64,000 nt of DNA from Minisyncoccota bacterium (GTDB lineage: Bacteria; Patescibacteriota; Minisyncoccia; Phycocordibacterales; UBA9973). The stretch spans positions 19,405 through 83,404 of the forward strand of contig JBAYKP010000003.1 of the NCBI GenBank assembly GCA_041664465.1. The letters are read 5' to 3'. The position numbers were made by a program, and so were the translations under genes. This document shows, piece by piece, positions 10,074 through 18,654 of the stretch (the stretch's first letter is position 1; the number at the start of each line of letters is the position of its first letter). The notes beneath the pieces are model-generated. The model was not told the DNA's origin. It worked only from the letters and a program-made list of their open reading frames with translations, and made no database searches.

Positions 10074-11171
10074 TTATCTATTCATTGGCATTACCAAGTA
10101 CATAAAAGATGAATCTCCTACTGGTCTTATTATCATCGGTCTATTATTGCCATTGAACTCAAGTACAAGTGAGTCCGCAGTCACAGACAAGAAGCAATCT
10201 ATAATATATTTGTAATTAAAATTAAGTAAAACATTTTCTCCAGAAATTGCTGCCCCAATAAGTGTAATATTTTCACCAATATCTGTATTCTTAGCTTCTA
10301 TTTCAAAAACTTTTTCGGATGGTTTGATATTGAAAGTAACTTCATTAAATTTATTTGAAAAAATATTTGATATTTTAAGAGATGAAATAAAGTCTTGTTT
10401 TAATAAAGTGGCTTCGGTGGTAGGATTCTTGGGGATTATTTGTTTGTAATCTGGGAAAGATCCATCGATAATCCTCGAAGTAAGATAAACATTAGCAGAT
10501 GAAAATGATATTTGATTTTTCTGAAGAGTAATCTTAATATCACCTTCTATAGAATCAAGAACCTTAATAATTTCAACTGTATTTTTAAAAGGAAGTAATA
10601 TTCCACTGAAAGAGAGCTTTTGTTTTACTTTTACTTTCTTTTCTGCCAATCTAAACGAATCAGTGGCCACAAAGACAAGGAGATCATCTTCTGGATATAT
10701 ATAAACACTTCCTATTTCTGGTTTAATCTCAGATATAGAAGCACTATAATAAACAGATTTTATCCCTTCTAAAAATTTCTTGGCTGGTATGAGCAATTCT
10801 TCTCCTTGTATAACTGGAATAGTTGGAAAGTCTTCATTTGGGATACTCTTCAAAATAATGGTATTTAATTTTGTTTTAACAGATAAATTATTATTAATTA
10901 ATTCAAAAGAAACAATTTGATCACCAGAAAGTACAGAAAACAAAGACGAGAGGACATCACTTCTTATGGCTACTACTCCCTCTTTCTCAATTTTAGCTGG
11001 GACTTCCATCTCTATACCAATGTTTAAATTTGTAGCTCTTAGTTTCAATGTTTTACCAGTAGCTACCCAGAGAACAGAACCAAGTACTGGTAGAGTTAGA
11101 TTCTTGCCTGTTATTCTATCTACTATCATCAATGCGTTTTTAATTTTTTCTATTGAGCATTCTAACTTCAT
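10074..11171 (-). CDS. dnaN: DNA polymerase III beta sliding clamp
   Basis: three-domain clamp length (365 aa), N-terminal pattern typical of DnaN, directly downstream of dnaA. Confidence 0.85.
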   Translation of the reverse strand: MKLECSIEKIKNALMIVDRITGKNLTLPVLGSVLWVATGKTLKLRATNLNIGIEMEVPAKIEKEGVVAIRSDVLSSLFSVLSGDQIVSFELINNNLSVKTKLNTIILKSIPNEDFPTIPVIQGEELLIPAKKFLEGIKSVYYSASISEIKPEIGSVYIYPEDDLLVFVATDSFRLAEKKVKVKQKLSFSGILLPFKNTVEIIKVLDSIEGDIKITLQKNQISFSSANVYLTSRIIDGSFPDYKQIIPKNPTTEATLLKQDFISSLKISNIFSNKFNEVTFNIKPSEKVFEIEAKNTDIGENITLIGAAISGENVLLNFNYKYIIDCFLSVTADSLVLEFNGNNRPMIIRPVGDSSFMYLVMPMNR

Positions 11172-11386
11172 ATATTTGTATAGTTAATTTATTAATATAA
11201 TTTATTATTACTACTATGGGTGTGAATATGTGTATTACTTTTTTATATATATTTTACTTATGTTATTTTTTATTTTTAATAATTTTTGATTTAACTATTT
11301 TTGAATAAATATTTTTATAATACTTTTGGACAAAGTTATTAACATTTTTATCTTTTATAAACACAGTTTATCCACATAGATATAAT
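11172..11386. promoter_or_regulatory. candidate oriC: AT-rich dnaA-dnaN intergenic region with a perfect DnaA box TTATCCACA at 11368-11376 and a TGTGAATA-like box near 11212
   Basis: box read directly; long A/T runs suitable for DNA unwinding; canonical oriC position. Confidence 0.45.
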
Positions 11387-12745
11387 TTACTTAAACATAA
11401 TTCTTATTTTTTCAATCTCTTGTAATAATGCTGGGTCTGTTTTCAAATCTTCTTTTATCTTTAAATGTGAGTGGATAGCAGTAGTATGATCTCTTCCCCC
11501 CAATTTGCTTCCTATAAGAGGATAAGAGATGTTGAAATCTTCTCGGAGGATATACATTGCTACTTGTCTAGCCTTCACTATTTCTTTGCGTCGCGTCTTC
11601 TCATATATAACTTCTTCAGAAATTCCATAATGATTAGCGATAACACCCACAATATCCTTAATAGCTACGGTTTTCTTGGGTTTAATATTATTTTTAATAA
11701 GAGCCTTAATTTCGTTTAAAGATAACGATTTGTTTTTAAGTTGAGTCTGACAAATTATTGTGTTTAGGCTACCTTCAAGCTCACGGATGTTTCCCTCAAG
11801 TATCTCTGCTAGATAAGAAATTACATCATTTTCTATAATTGAATTAGTGGATTCAAATTTAGCCTTTATAATTGCAACTCTTGATTCATAATCTGGCTCA
11901 ACAATTTGGACGGTCATCCCAGAGGCGAATCTAGACTGAAGTCTTTCCTCTAATCCTTGTATGAAATTAGGGTGTTTATCAGAAGAAAAGATAATCTGTT
12001 TATTACTTTCGTATAAAGTATTAAAAAGGTGGAATAATTCTTCTTGGGTTTTATCTTTACCAGAGATGAATTGAATATCATCCATTATAATCACATCATA
12101 TTTGCGGTATTTTTCTTTGAAGGAATTTGGGTTCTTGTTTTGGATTGAATTTATATAATCAATTGCAAATCTTTCCAATGAAACATAATATATTTTCTTG
12201 TTTGGGTGTTTTATCTTTATGGTATTACCTATGGCTTGTATCATATGAGTTTTACCAAGACCTGTCCCTCCATAAACAAAGAAAGGATTATAATTTTGCC
12301 CTGGGTTAGCGATAATCGCTTGAGCGACAGCATAAGCCAGCTCATTGAAAGGTCCTACAATGAAAGAATTAAAATTATACTTTGGGTTTAAGTTATCTTC
12401 TTTGTTTAAATATAAATCGTTTAATGGAAGCTCTTTATTTATATTTATTTGTTTATGAACTACATTTTCTATGTTTTTATTTGAGATTTCATTTTTGTGA
12501 ATTATATATTCAATACTACGTATCCCCTCTTCATAGCTTATGATTGTCTTTAATATTAGTTTGTGAAATTTATTATAAAGCCAATCCTTCACAAATTCAT
12601 TGGGAACTCCAATATATAAAGTCCCACCCTCTTCTTTTATTATTGATGTATTCTTAAACCAAGTCGTGAAATTAGCCTTTGATATATTTAATTCTACCTC
12701 AGACAGACACTTTTCCCAGAGTTCTTTTGTATTCATAGAAACCAT
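11387..12745 (-). CDS. dnaA: chromosomal replication initiator DnaA (ORF open to 12826; start placed at the conserved MVSMNTKELWEKCL N-terminus)
   Basis: AAA+ Walker A GGTGLGKTH, C-terminal DNA-binding signature IGSKLGGRDHTTAIHS; DnaA box TATCCACA (minus-strand sense) at 12804-12811 just upstream. Confidence 0.85.
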   Translation of the reverse strand: MVSMNTKELWEKCLSEVELNISKANFTTWFKNTSIIKEEGGTLYIGVPNEFVKDWLYNKFHKLILKTIISYEEGIRSIEYIIHKNEISNKNIENVVHKQININKELPLNDLYLNKEDNLNPKYNFNSFIVGPFNELAYAVAQAIIANPGQNYNPFFVYGGTGLGKTHMIQAIGNTIKIKHPNKKIYYVSLERFAIDYINSIQNKNPNSFKEKYRKYDVIIMDDIQFISGKDKTQEELFHLFNTLYESNKQIIFSSDKHPNFIQGLEERLQSRFASGMTVQIVEPDYESRVAIIKAKFESTNSIIENDVISYLAEILEGNIRELEGSLNTIICQTQLKNKSLSLNEIKALIKNNIKPKKTVAIKDIVGVIANHYGISEEVIYEKTRRKEIVKARQVAMYILREDFNISYPLIGSKLGGRDHTTAIHSHLKIKEDLKTDPALLQEIEKIRIMFK

Positions 12746-12803
12746 TATACTCGTGTTTTCAAAAACACAATAATTAAATACCTTAATTAAGCTGTTGATA
12801 ACG

Positions 12804-12811
12804 TGTGGATA
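12804..12811 (-). promoter_or_regulatory. DnaA box (TATCCACA) in the dnaA/rpmH divergent promoter region
   Basis: plus strand tgtggata; position typical of dnaA autoregulation. Confidence 0.4.
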
Positions 12812-12862
12812 TGTTTTCCTCCACATATTGCTTTATATGTCATTTTAGTATATATTTTCCAT

Positions 12863-13003
12863 ATGTCTTTAACATATCAACCAAACAAAAGAAAAAGAGC
12901 CAAGACCCACGGATTCTTAGTTCGTGCTAAAACCCCAGGAGGTAAAAAGGTTACGAAGGCACGTCGTCAGAAAGGACGCGCTAAAGTATCAATTGCAAAA
13001 TAA
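12863..13003 (+). CDS. rpmH: 50S ribosomal protein L34
   Basis: [30 protein letters not shown]...; internal start of the longer ORF 12803..13003; putative -35 TTGCTT / -10 TATATT with the -10 ending 6 nt before the ATG. Confidence 0.85.
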   Translation: MSLTYQPNKRKRAKTHGFLVRAKTPGGKKVTKARRQKGRAKVSIAK

Positions 13004-13005
13004 TT

Positions 13006-13326
13006 ATGCTCGCAAAGAAAAAACGAATCACCAAAAATACTTTTCAAACCATTATGGAGAAAGGAAGTATCGTTTCTGGTTCGTTTTTTCTTTTGCGTTA
13101 TTTAAGACAACCATCCCCTATTTATGCCTTCGTAGCTCCTAAAAAGATTGCCAAGACTGCGGTTAAAAGGAATTCCCTTCGAAGAATTGGTTATAATATC
13201 CTCCGTTCATATGATCTGGAATCTTGTGCTGGAATATTTTTTTATAAAAAAGAAGCATTATCGGCTACCAACATAGATCTTAAAAAAGATATAGAAACTA
13301 TATTAAAGAAAATTAATCTAATTTAG
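13006..13326 (+). CDS. rnpA: ribonuclease P protein component
   Basis: basic roughly 106-aa protein directly after rpmH; canonical rpmH-rnpA synteny. Confidence 0.8.
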   Translation: MLAKKKRITKNTFQTIMEKGSIVSGSFFLLRYLRQPSPIYAFVAPKKIAKTAVKRNSLRRIGYNILRSYDLESCAGIFFYKKEALSATNIDLKKDIETILKKINLI

Positions 13327-13331
13327 ATAAT

Positions 13332-13538
13332 ATGAAAAGATTTTTTATAAAATTAATTAATTTTTATCAAAAAATTCCATTCAAATCACATAATTCCTGT
13401 GTATTCTTGCCTACTTGTTCAGAATATACTAAAGAAGCTATTCTTCGGTATGGTATTTTAACCGGTATTTATAAGGGTTTTAAGAGAATTCTTCGTTGTC
13501 ATCCTTGGCAGAAAAAGCATTATGATCCACTAAAATAA
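13332..13538 (+). CDS. yidD: membrane protein insertion efficiency factor YidD
   Basis: conserved Cys and CHPW motif (LPTCSEY...LRCHPW). Confidence 0.8.
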   Translation: MKRFFIKLINFYQKIPFKSHNSCVFLPTCSEYTKEAILRYGILTGIYKGFKRILRCHPWQKKHYDPLK

Positions 13539-13580
13539 TTAATAATTTTTAATTATTAATTAATATGCTACAATAGAGCA

Positions 13581-14324
13581 ATGTCAGCTTTATGGAACAC
13601 CATCTTTTATCAGCCAATTTATAATATCCTTATGTTTATTATAAACCACGTCACTTTCGGTGATGTTGGTTTTGCTATTATAATAGTGACCATTATCGTC
13701 AAACTTATTCTTTCTCCTCTCACCAAAAAGTCCATTAAAAGCCAGATTCTTATGAAGAGAATGGAGCCCGAAATCAAACTTATCAAGAAGAATTATCCCA
13801 ATAAAGAAGAACAAGCTAAAAAAACCTTTGAATTATATAAGAAATATGGGACCAATCCGTTTTCTGGTTGCTTGGTAGTATTACTTCAATTGCCAGTTAT
13901 TTTCGCTTTGTATTATGTATTTTTAAAAGGGCTTTCTCTAGACACCATAAATACTAGTCTAATTTATCCTTTTGTAGGCGTTCCTTCTCTTATGCATACC
14001 AACTTCTTAGGCTTTATAGAAATGGGAGGCAAAAGCATAATTCTAGCCGTTTTAGCGGGAGTTACGCAGTTCGTTCAAGGGTATCTCTCCTCCCCTATCA
14101 CTCCCAAAGTTGAAGTTGTGGGAGATGCCACCCCCAATGAACCTAGGACATTTCAAGATGAATTATCTAGTAGTATGCAGACTAATGTGAAATATATTCT
14201 CCCAATATTTATAGCTTTCATTTCTTGGCAAATTTCAGCTGCGGTTGCTCTCTACTTTGTTATTAGTAATATATTTACTATTCTTCAAGAATGGTATATA
14301 AGAAGAACATTAGATAATAAATAA
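13581..14324 (+). CDS. yidC: membrane protein insertase YidC (short form)
   Basis: multi-TM Oxa1 fold; synteny; TGcTACAAT extended -10 at 13566-13574 ends 6 nt before the ATG. Confidence 0.8.
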   Translation: MSALWNTIFYQPIYNILMFIINHVTFGDVGFAIIIVTIIVKLILSPLTKKSIKSQILMKRMEPEIKLIKKNYPNKEEQAKKTFELYKKYGTNPFSGCLVVLLQLPVIFALYYVFLKGLSLDTINTSLIYPFVGVPSLMHTNFLGFIEMGGKSIILAVLAGVTQFVQGYLSSPITPKVEVVGDATPNEPRTFQDELSSSMQTNVKYILPIFIAFISWQISAAVALYFVISNIFTILQEWYIRRTLDNK

Positions 14325-14332
14325 ATTTCAAT

Positions 14333-14794
14333 ATGGATCAAGAACTTGTAAAATCAATCATAGAAAATATTTTTACACATACAGCTTGTACTATTTCCAA
14401 GTGCGAACTATCCCTTGAAGATGGGATGCTTTGGTGTATGATTGAAACTCCAGATTCAAGATTTATGATTGGACGTGAAGGAGAGACCCTCAGATCCCTC
14501 AATCATTTAGTCCGTAAGATTGCTGAGAAGGCAAGTGGCACAGAAGAAATTTCTAATATCTTTGTGGATGTGAATGGATATCAAAAGAAAAGATTTGATA
14601 ATCTGAAAAATATTGCTCATATGATGGCCGAGAGAGCCCGCTATTTTAAGAGTAATATCGAGATTGATCCTATGCCTGCCAATGAACGTCGCATTGTTCA
14701 TATGTTCTTAGAGAAGATTCCAGATATTAAAACAGAATCAGAAGGCTATGGACCAGAGAGAAGAGTGGTAATTAAATATATAGGAAACAACTAA
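14333..14794 (+). CDS. khpB: Jag/KhpB R3H-domain RNA-binding protein
   Basis: KH-like fold plus R3H motif (ERRIVHMFL); canonical position after yidC. Confidence 0.75.
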   Translation: MDQELVKSIIENIFTHTACTISKCELSLEDGMLWCMIETPDSRFMIGREGETLRSLNHLVRKIAEKASGTEEISNIFVDVNGYQKKRFDNLKNIAHMMAERARYFKSNIEIDPMPANERRIVHMFLEKIPDIKTESEGYGPERRVVIKYIGNN

Positions 14795-14796
14795 AT

Positions 14797-14838
14797 CTCC
14801 CCCTGCTAAGGGGGAGTGCCTGAAAGGCGAGGGGGTCA
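14797..14838. repeat. hairpin repeat family 2, copy B
   Basis: ctccccctgctaagggggag tgcctgaaaggcga gggggtc; intergenic. Confidence 0.45.
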
Positions 14839-16038
14839 AAGATCCAAACTCCACAGCATACCGTCTTTTTTGTTTATGAAGAATAAACTATTTTCTTTAT
14901 CACTTAGGAATAAATTAGTAGCATCTATGGGTGTCTCATTGCTAGAATTGGCAAAGGTAGTAGTCTCTTTAGTCTGGGTATTTATTTTTATAAATCTATC
15001 TTCAAAAGATATTAACCCTTGATACCAATAATCAGGATATTGCGTTCCTATTATTGTATTGGGGATAGCGCAATAAGCATTTATATTGTCATTACTCCAA
15101 ACACACTTCTCAGGTAATCCATATATATCTAAATCAAAAGATGTATGATTTTTAATATTAAAAACGTTTAATTTAGGGCCGATATTAAGAGAGGCTCCAT
15201 ATAATACAAGGTTGCCATTACTACTGGCAAGAGTCGTGAGGCCTGGGATACCTCCGAAAAGTTTCGTCAATGTTCCATTGGTAGTATTTAGACTGAAAGT
15301 ACTTCCATCTACTAGATAAGATGGCTTAGTAGTCAGATAGACGCCTTGATTTGTAACCCATTGTGGCAACCACTCAGAGAAACTAGAAGTGAAGACTTGG
15401 GAAGTCTTCGTCTCATCAAAAGGTTTAATCACTCCTATCACACCATTTTTATTTTTTATAATAGAAAAGAATTTAGTTTTGTCTGGAGATAGGCTGACTG
15501 CTGTAATATCAGGGTTTAAGAAACTGCCACTCTTCCCTCCAAGAGAAGCAAGGAAGCTTGTAATACTTTTATCATCAGATGAGGCATATCTATAAACAAT
15601 AGAAGTTCCACTGCCATTGAAAATTGTTTCGTAGACACTCGGAATTGTGGAATTTGATATTTTTCCAGTTATTTTCGTATCTAGATAAATTTGATATATA
15701 TGTCCAGTGGCACGTTCTACATATCGTAGTGATGGCACTGCTACCCCGTCTCTCATATCTTCAAAGAAGACAGCTCCAGCTACCGCGAAGTCTGTTATTT
15801 TATGGAAGCGTGAATTCTCCTTGATCACTTCTCCGGTTGTTGATGTGGTCACTTCATTTGGAGTAGTTGTCGTAGGAACTTTTGAACTTGTGCCAAAGGG
15901 ATTAAACTTTTGGTAAATACTTGTATTTGGGTCAGTTACAGCTACTCCCCTACTTTTGTTATAGAAATAAATACCGAGCATTATCGCTCCTACAAGTATA
16001 AACGCTGTTATGAAAATAATTATTGTTTTTCGTGGCAT
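14836..16038 (-). CDS. membrane-anchored extracytoplasmic hypothetical protein (Ser/Thr-rich linker, beta-rich domain)
   Basis: single N-terminal TM helix; first gene of the T4SS-like block on the minus strand. Confidence 0.5.
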   Translation of the reverse strand: MPRKTIIIFITAFILVGAIMLGIYFYNKSRGVAVTDPNTSIYQKFNPFGTSSKVPTTTTPNEVTTSTTGEVIKENSRFHKITDFAVAGAVFFEDMRDGVAVPSLRYVERATGHIYQIYLDTKITGKISNSTIPSVYETIFNGSGTSIVYRYASSDDKSITSFLASLGGKSGSFLNPDITAVSLSPDKTKFFSIIKNKNGVIGVIKPFDETKTSQVFTSSFSEWLPQWVTNQGVYLTTKPSYLVDGSTFSLNTTNGTLTKLFGGIPGLTTLASSNGNLVLYGASLNIGPKLNVFNIKNHTSFDLDIYGLPEKCVWSNDNINAYCAIPNTIIGTQYPDYWYQGLISFEDRFIKINTQTKETTTFANSSNETPIDATNLFLSDKENSLFFINKKDGMLWSLDL

Positions 16039-16049
16039 AAATTAATTAT

Positions 16050-17525
16050 TTAACACCCCCAACCATTTGCTGTTAGTTTATTAAAGTTGGCTTCAACTCT
16101 TGGTGCATATATTCTAGTTTGTTGGTATCCAGCATAAGCCGTGCATTGCCAATTTGTTGATCCTGGGCAAGCAGTAGCCTCTTTATTTGCACCAGGTCCC
16201 CCATTATAAGATGCAGCTAAATATTGTATATTTGAGATGTCACATACTGAAGATTTTGCAGAAAGATTACAACCATTTTTTTGGAGTTTGCTGAGATAAC
16301 TTGCACCAGCCATTATGTTTGTTTGTGCATCCATAGGGTCAGATCCTACACCTTGTTCCGCAAAGGTTTTTGGCATAAGCTGTATGAGTCCTTGAGCTCC
16401 TGATGGGCTTGTTAGATTATTTACCCCTCCAGACTCAGCATACATAAAAGATTTTAAGAGAGTACAACTCAATCCGTATTTTGAAGCAGCAGTTTTCAAC
16501 TGAGCATCGTATGTAGTTATATTTTTATTGGCATTTGGATTTCCAGGAGTTCCAATTGTAACTCCATAATAACCTCCGCCAGATGTTTGGGTTATTTCTA
16601 CACTTGCGGTATCTATTACCAACCCCTCTTTCCCTGTCAGTGCTGGATTGATAGTATTGAGTAATGCCCAAGCGCCGAGAGCTATGATTAATCCAAGGAC
16701 AGCTGAGAACATTTTCTTTTTCGCTTCAGTTTTGCCGAAAACAGATTCATCCCCCATATATGAGACTCCAGCTATTATAAGCATTATGACTGCAAGAGCA
16801 GCACATATCCCAATAGCAAGCTTGAAAATTATATTTAGATATTTCCCGATATCATTTGATATACAGTTTGTATCTTTACCACTTGAATCCATACAAGTAA
16901 TGTTGCCGATAGGAGCCAGCATTTTATAAATACTTTTATTCTCCGCAACATTTATTTTAGGAGTGACATCCACAGCAGGATCTTCTGCTAGTGCTATGGT
17001 TCCACTTGCATATATTTCATTATAATTACCATTAAAATCAGGATTAGCATTATAAATTTTCCAATGGAAAGGGACATTATTCTCTTTTGTTATTGAGAAA
17101 AGAAGCGCCATTGGGATTCTTACTGTTTTTTCTATTGTTTTCCCTTTATTTTCATCAGCGTTCATTTTTGTAACATACATCACCCCGTTGTCACTATTAG
17201 CTATAATCTCTGCTGGTGCTTCCGATAAACCAGATTTAAGAACAGTCCCACGAAGATCAAGCCGCTTACTATTAATATCAGCCTCAAAATACGAGTTAGC
17301 GTTTATGTCATTTGGTGACCCCATTGTTGTTGGGTTGTCTGCAACCTTAAAAGTAAAAGTAAAATCGTAATATTGACCACCAAAATTATTTACATCATAT
17401 TTATAAAGGTTAAGTGGAACATTTTTATTAATTAAAGAAATATTACCCGCCAATACCGAAGCAGGCATAATGAGATTTGTAAATAAAATAAACGATATTA
17501 AAATAGAAGAAAATATTTTTTTCAT
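16050..17525 (-). CDS. lytic transglycosylase (SLT domain) with N-terminal extracellular domain and central TM segment; VirB1/PrgK/TcpG-like cell-wall hydrolase
   Basis: C-terminal SLT catalytic motifs AESGG...GLIQLMP...YNGGPG; signal peptide; adjacent to VirB4. Confidence 0.7.
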   Translation of the reverse strand: MKKIFSSILISFILFTNLIMPASVLAGNISLINKNVPLNLYKYDVNNFGGQYYDFTFTFKVADNPTTMGSPNDINANSYFEADINSKRLDLRGTVLKSGLSEAPAEIIANSDNGVMYVTKMNADENKGKTIEKTVRIPMALLFSITKENNVPFHWKIYNANPDFNGNYNEIYASGTIALAEDPAVDVTPKINVAENKSIYKMLAPIGNITCMDSSGKDTNCISNDIGKYLNIIFKLAIGICAALAVIMLIIAGVSYMGDESVFGKTEAKKKMFSAVLGLIIALGAWALLNTINPALTGKEGLVIDTASVEITQTSGGGYYGVTIGTPGNPNANKNITTYDAQLKTAASKYGLSCTLLKSFMYAESGGVNNLTSPSGAQGLIQLMPKTFAEQGVGSDPMDAQTNIMAGASYLSKLQKNGCNLSAKSSVCDISNIQYLAASYNGGPGANKEATACPGSTNWQCTAYAGYQQTRIYAPRVEANFNKLTANGWGC

Positions 17526-17526
17526 A

Positions 17527-18531
17527 TTATAGTGTTAATTTTAATTGGCCAGTAACTTTTTGGAATAATTTACTTATATTCTCAAATGTGACATTTATAT
17601 CTGCATATCCCCCACGAGCTGTAGGTCTTATAGTTAGCTCTGTCTTTTTAAAAGGTGTAGAGATAGGATCTCCGTTTATATTCCAATTATAATTGAAATT
17701 ATCTTCACTACCTTTTATTGCAAGGAAATATGGCACAGCTACCATCGTCATCTCATCCCCTGTGAAAATTGTATCACTATTTAAAGCATTATTATATAGA
17801 GTCCCTTCGGTTGGCGATTTCTTATAAAAAATTACCTTCGGAGAATATGAAGAAACTGTTGTTGTTCTTTCAGCAGTATAATTCTCACCGACAGAAGAAG
17901 CTACTACTGTTATCATATTTTCTGTATCAAACAAATCATTACTGAAAACAAAAGAATTCTTATTATACCCAGAAGCATCAGTCACAGCGTTGTCATTATT
18001 TTTCCACGAGTAAGAAACATTTCCACCGCCAGACTTTATGGTATCTGTATTGGGGATTGCTACGGCTTTTATAATACCACCCCGAGAAGGGAGAGCCTTA
18101 CCTTTATAAAAGGGTGGCACGTATCCATCGAGAGATTCCCAGAGTAATTCAATCTCAGAAGGCGAGATAGAGACACTCTTCGTAATAGTACTCATAGCCC
18201 CAACAGGCTTTATCATAATATCAAAATTGGTTGTAGTATTAGGGCCTAAGGCTTTAAAAGAATAATCAGTCTTCCCTATTCCAGACAGCACAACCTTGGA
18301 GTTCATTTGCCAAGATATCGTAGCTTTATTCAAGTCGGTCGCGTAACTTGATATACTTATAGAGACATCCTCATATGGTTGTGGATTTTTAGGAGAGATT
18401 GTCACAATAATCTCATCTTCTTGGGTATTTATTTGCATTTCAGCAAAAGAAAAAGAATGAATAGACAATAGACTAACCATAAAAATCACCCCAATTAAAA
18501 ATTTCATTTTTATAAGCTTCACTTTATACAT
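17527..18531 (-). CDS. secreted hypothetical protein
   Basis: N-terminal signal peptide, beta-rich; between the VirB4 and SLT genes. Confidence 0.5.
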   Translation of the reverse strand: MYKVKLIKMKFLIGVIFMVSLLSIHSFSFAEMQINTQEDEIIVTISPKNPQPYEDVSISISSYATDLNKATISWQMNSKVVLSGIGKTDYSFKALGPNTTTNFDIMIKPVGAMSTITKSVSISPSEIELLWESLDGYVPPFYKGKALPSRGGIIKAVAIPNTDTIKSGGGNVSYSWKNNDNAVTDASGYNKNSFVFSNDLFDTENMITVVASSVGENYTAERTTTVSSYSPKVIFYKKSPTEGTLYNNALNSDTIFTGDEMTMVAVPYFLAIKGSEDNFNYNWNINGDPISTPFKKTELTIRPTARGGYADINVTFENISKLFQKVTGQLKLTL

Positions 18532-18560
18532 TATATAATATTTACCAAGTTATTGCATTT

Positions 18561-18654
18561 TCTCCCCTCCTTACCAAGGAGGGGACCAAGGAGAGGTTCT
18601 TAATTAATTAGGAACCTCTCCCTCCCCTCTCCTTAGTAAGGAGAGGAGCTAATT
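18561..18654. repeat. GC-rich palindromic repeat family 1, copy 2
   Basis: tctcccctccttaccaaggagggga...cttaattaattaggaacctctccc...ctccttagtaaggagagg; overlaps the VirB4 stop codon. Confidence 0.6.

Noticed and set aside
12746-12826. 5' extension of the dnaA ORF ([27 protein letters not shown])
   Set aside because: Non-DnaA-like residues; it contains the DnaA box and would leave no room for the rpmH promoter. The conserved DnaA N-terminus begins at 12745/12736.
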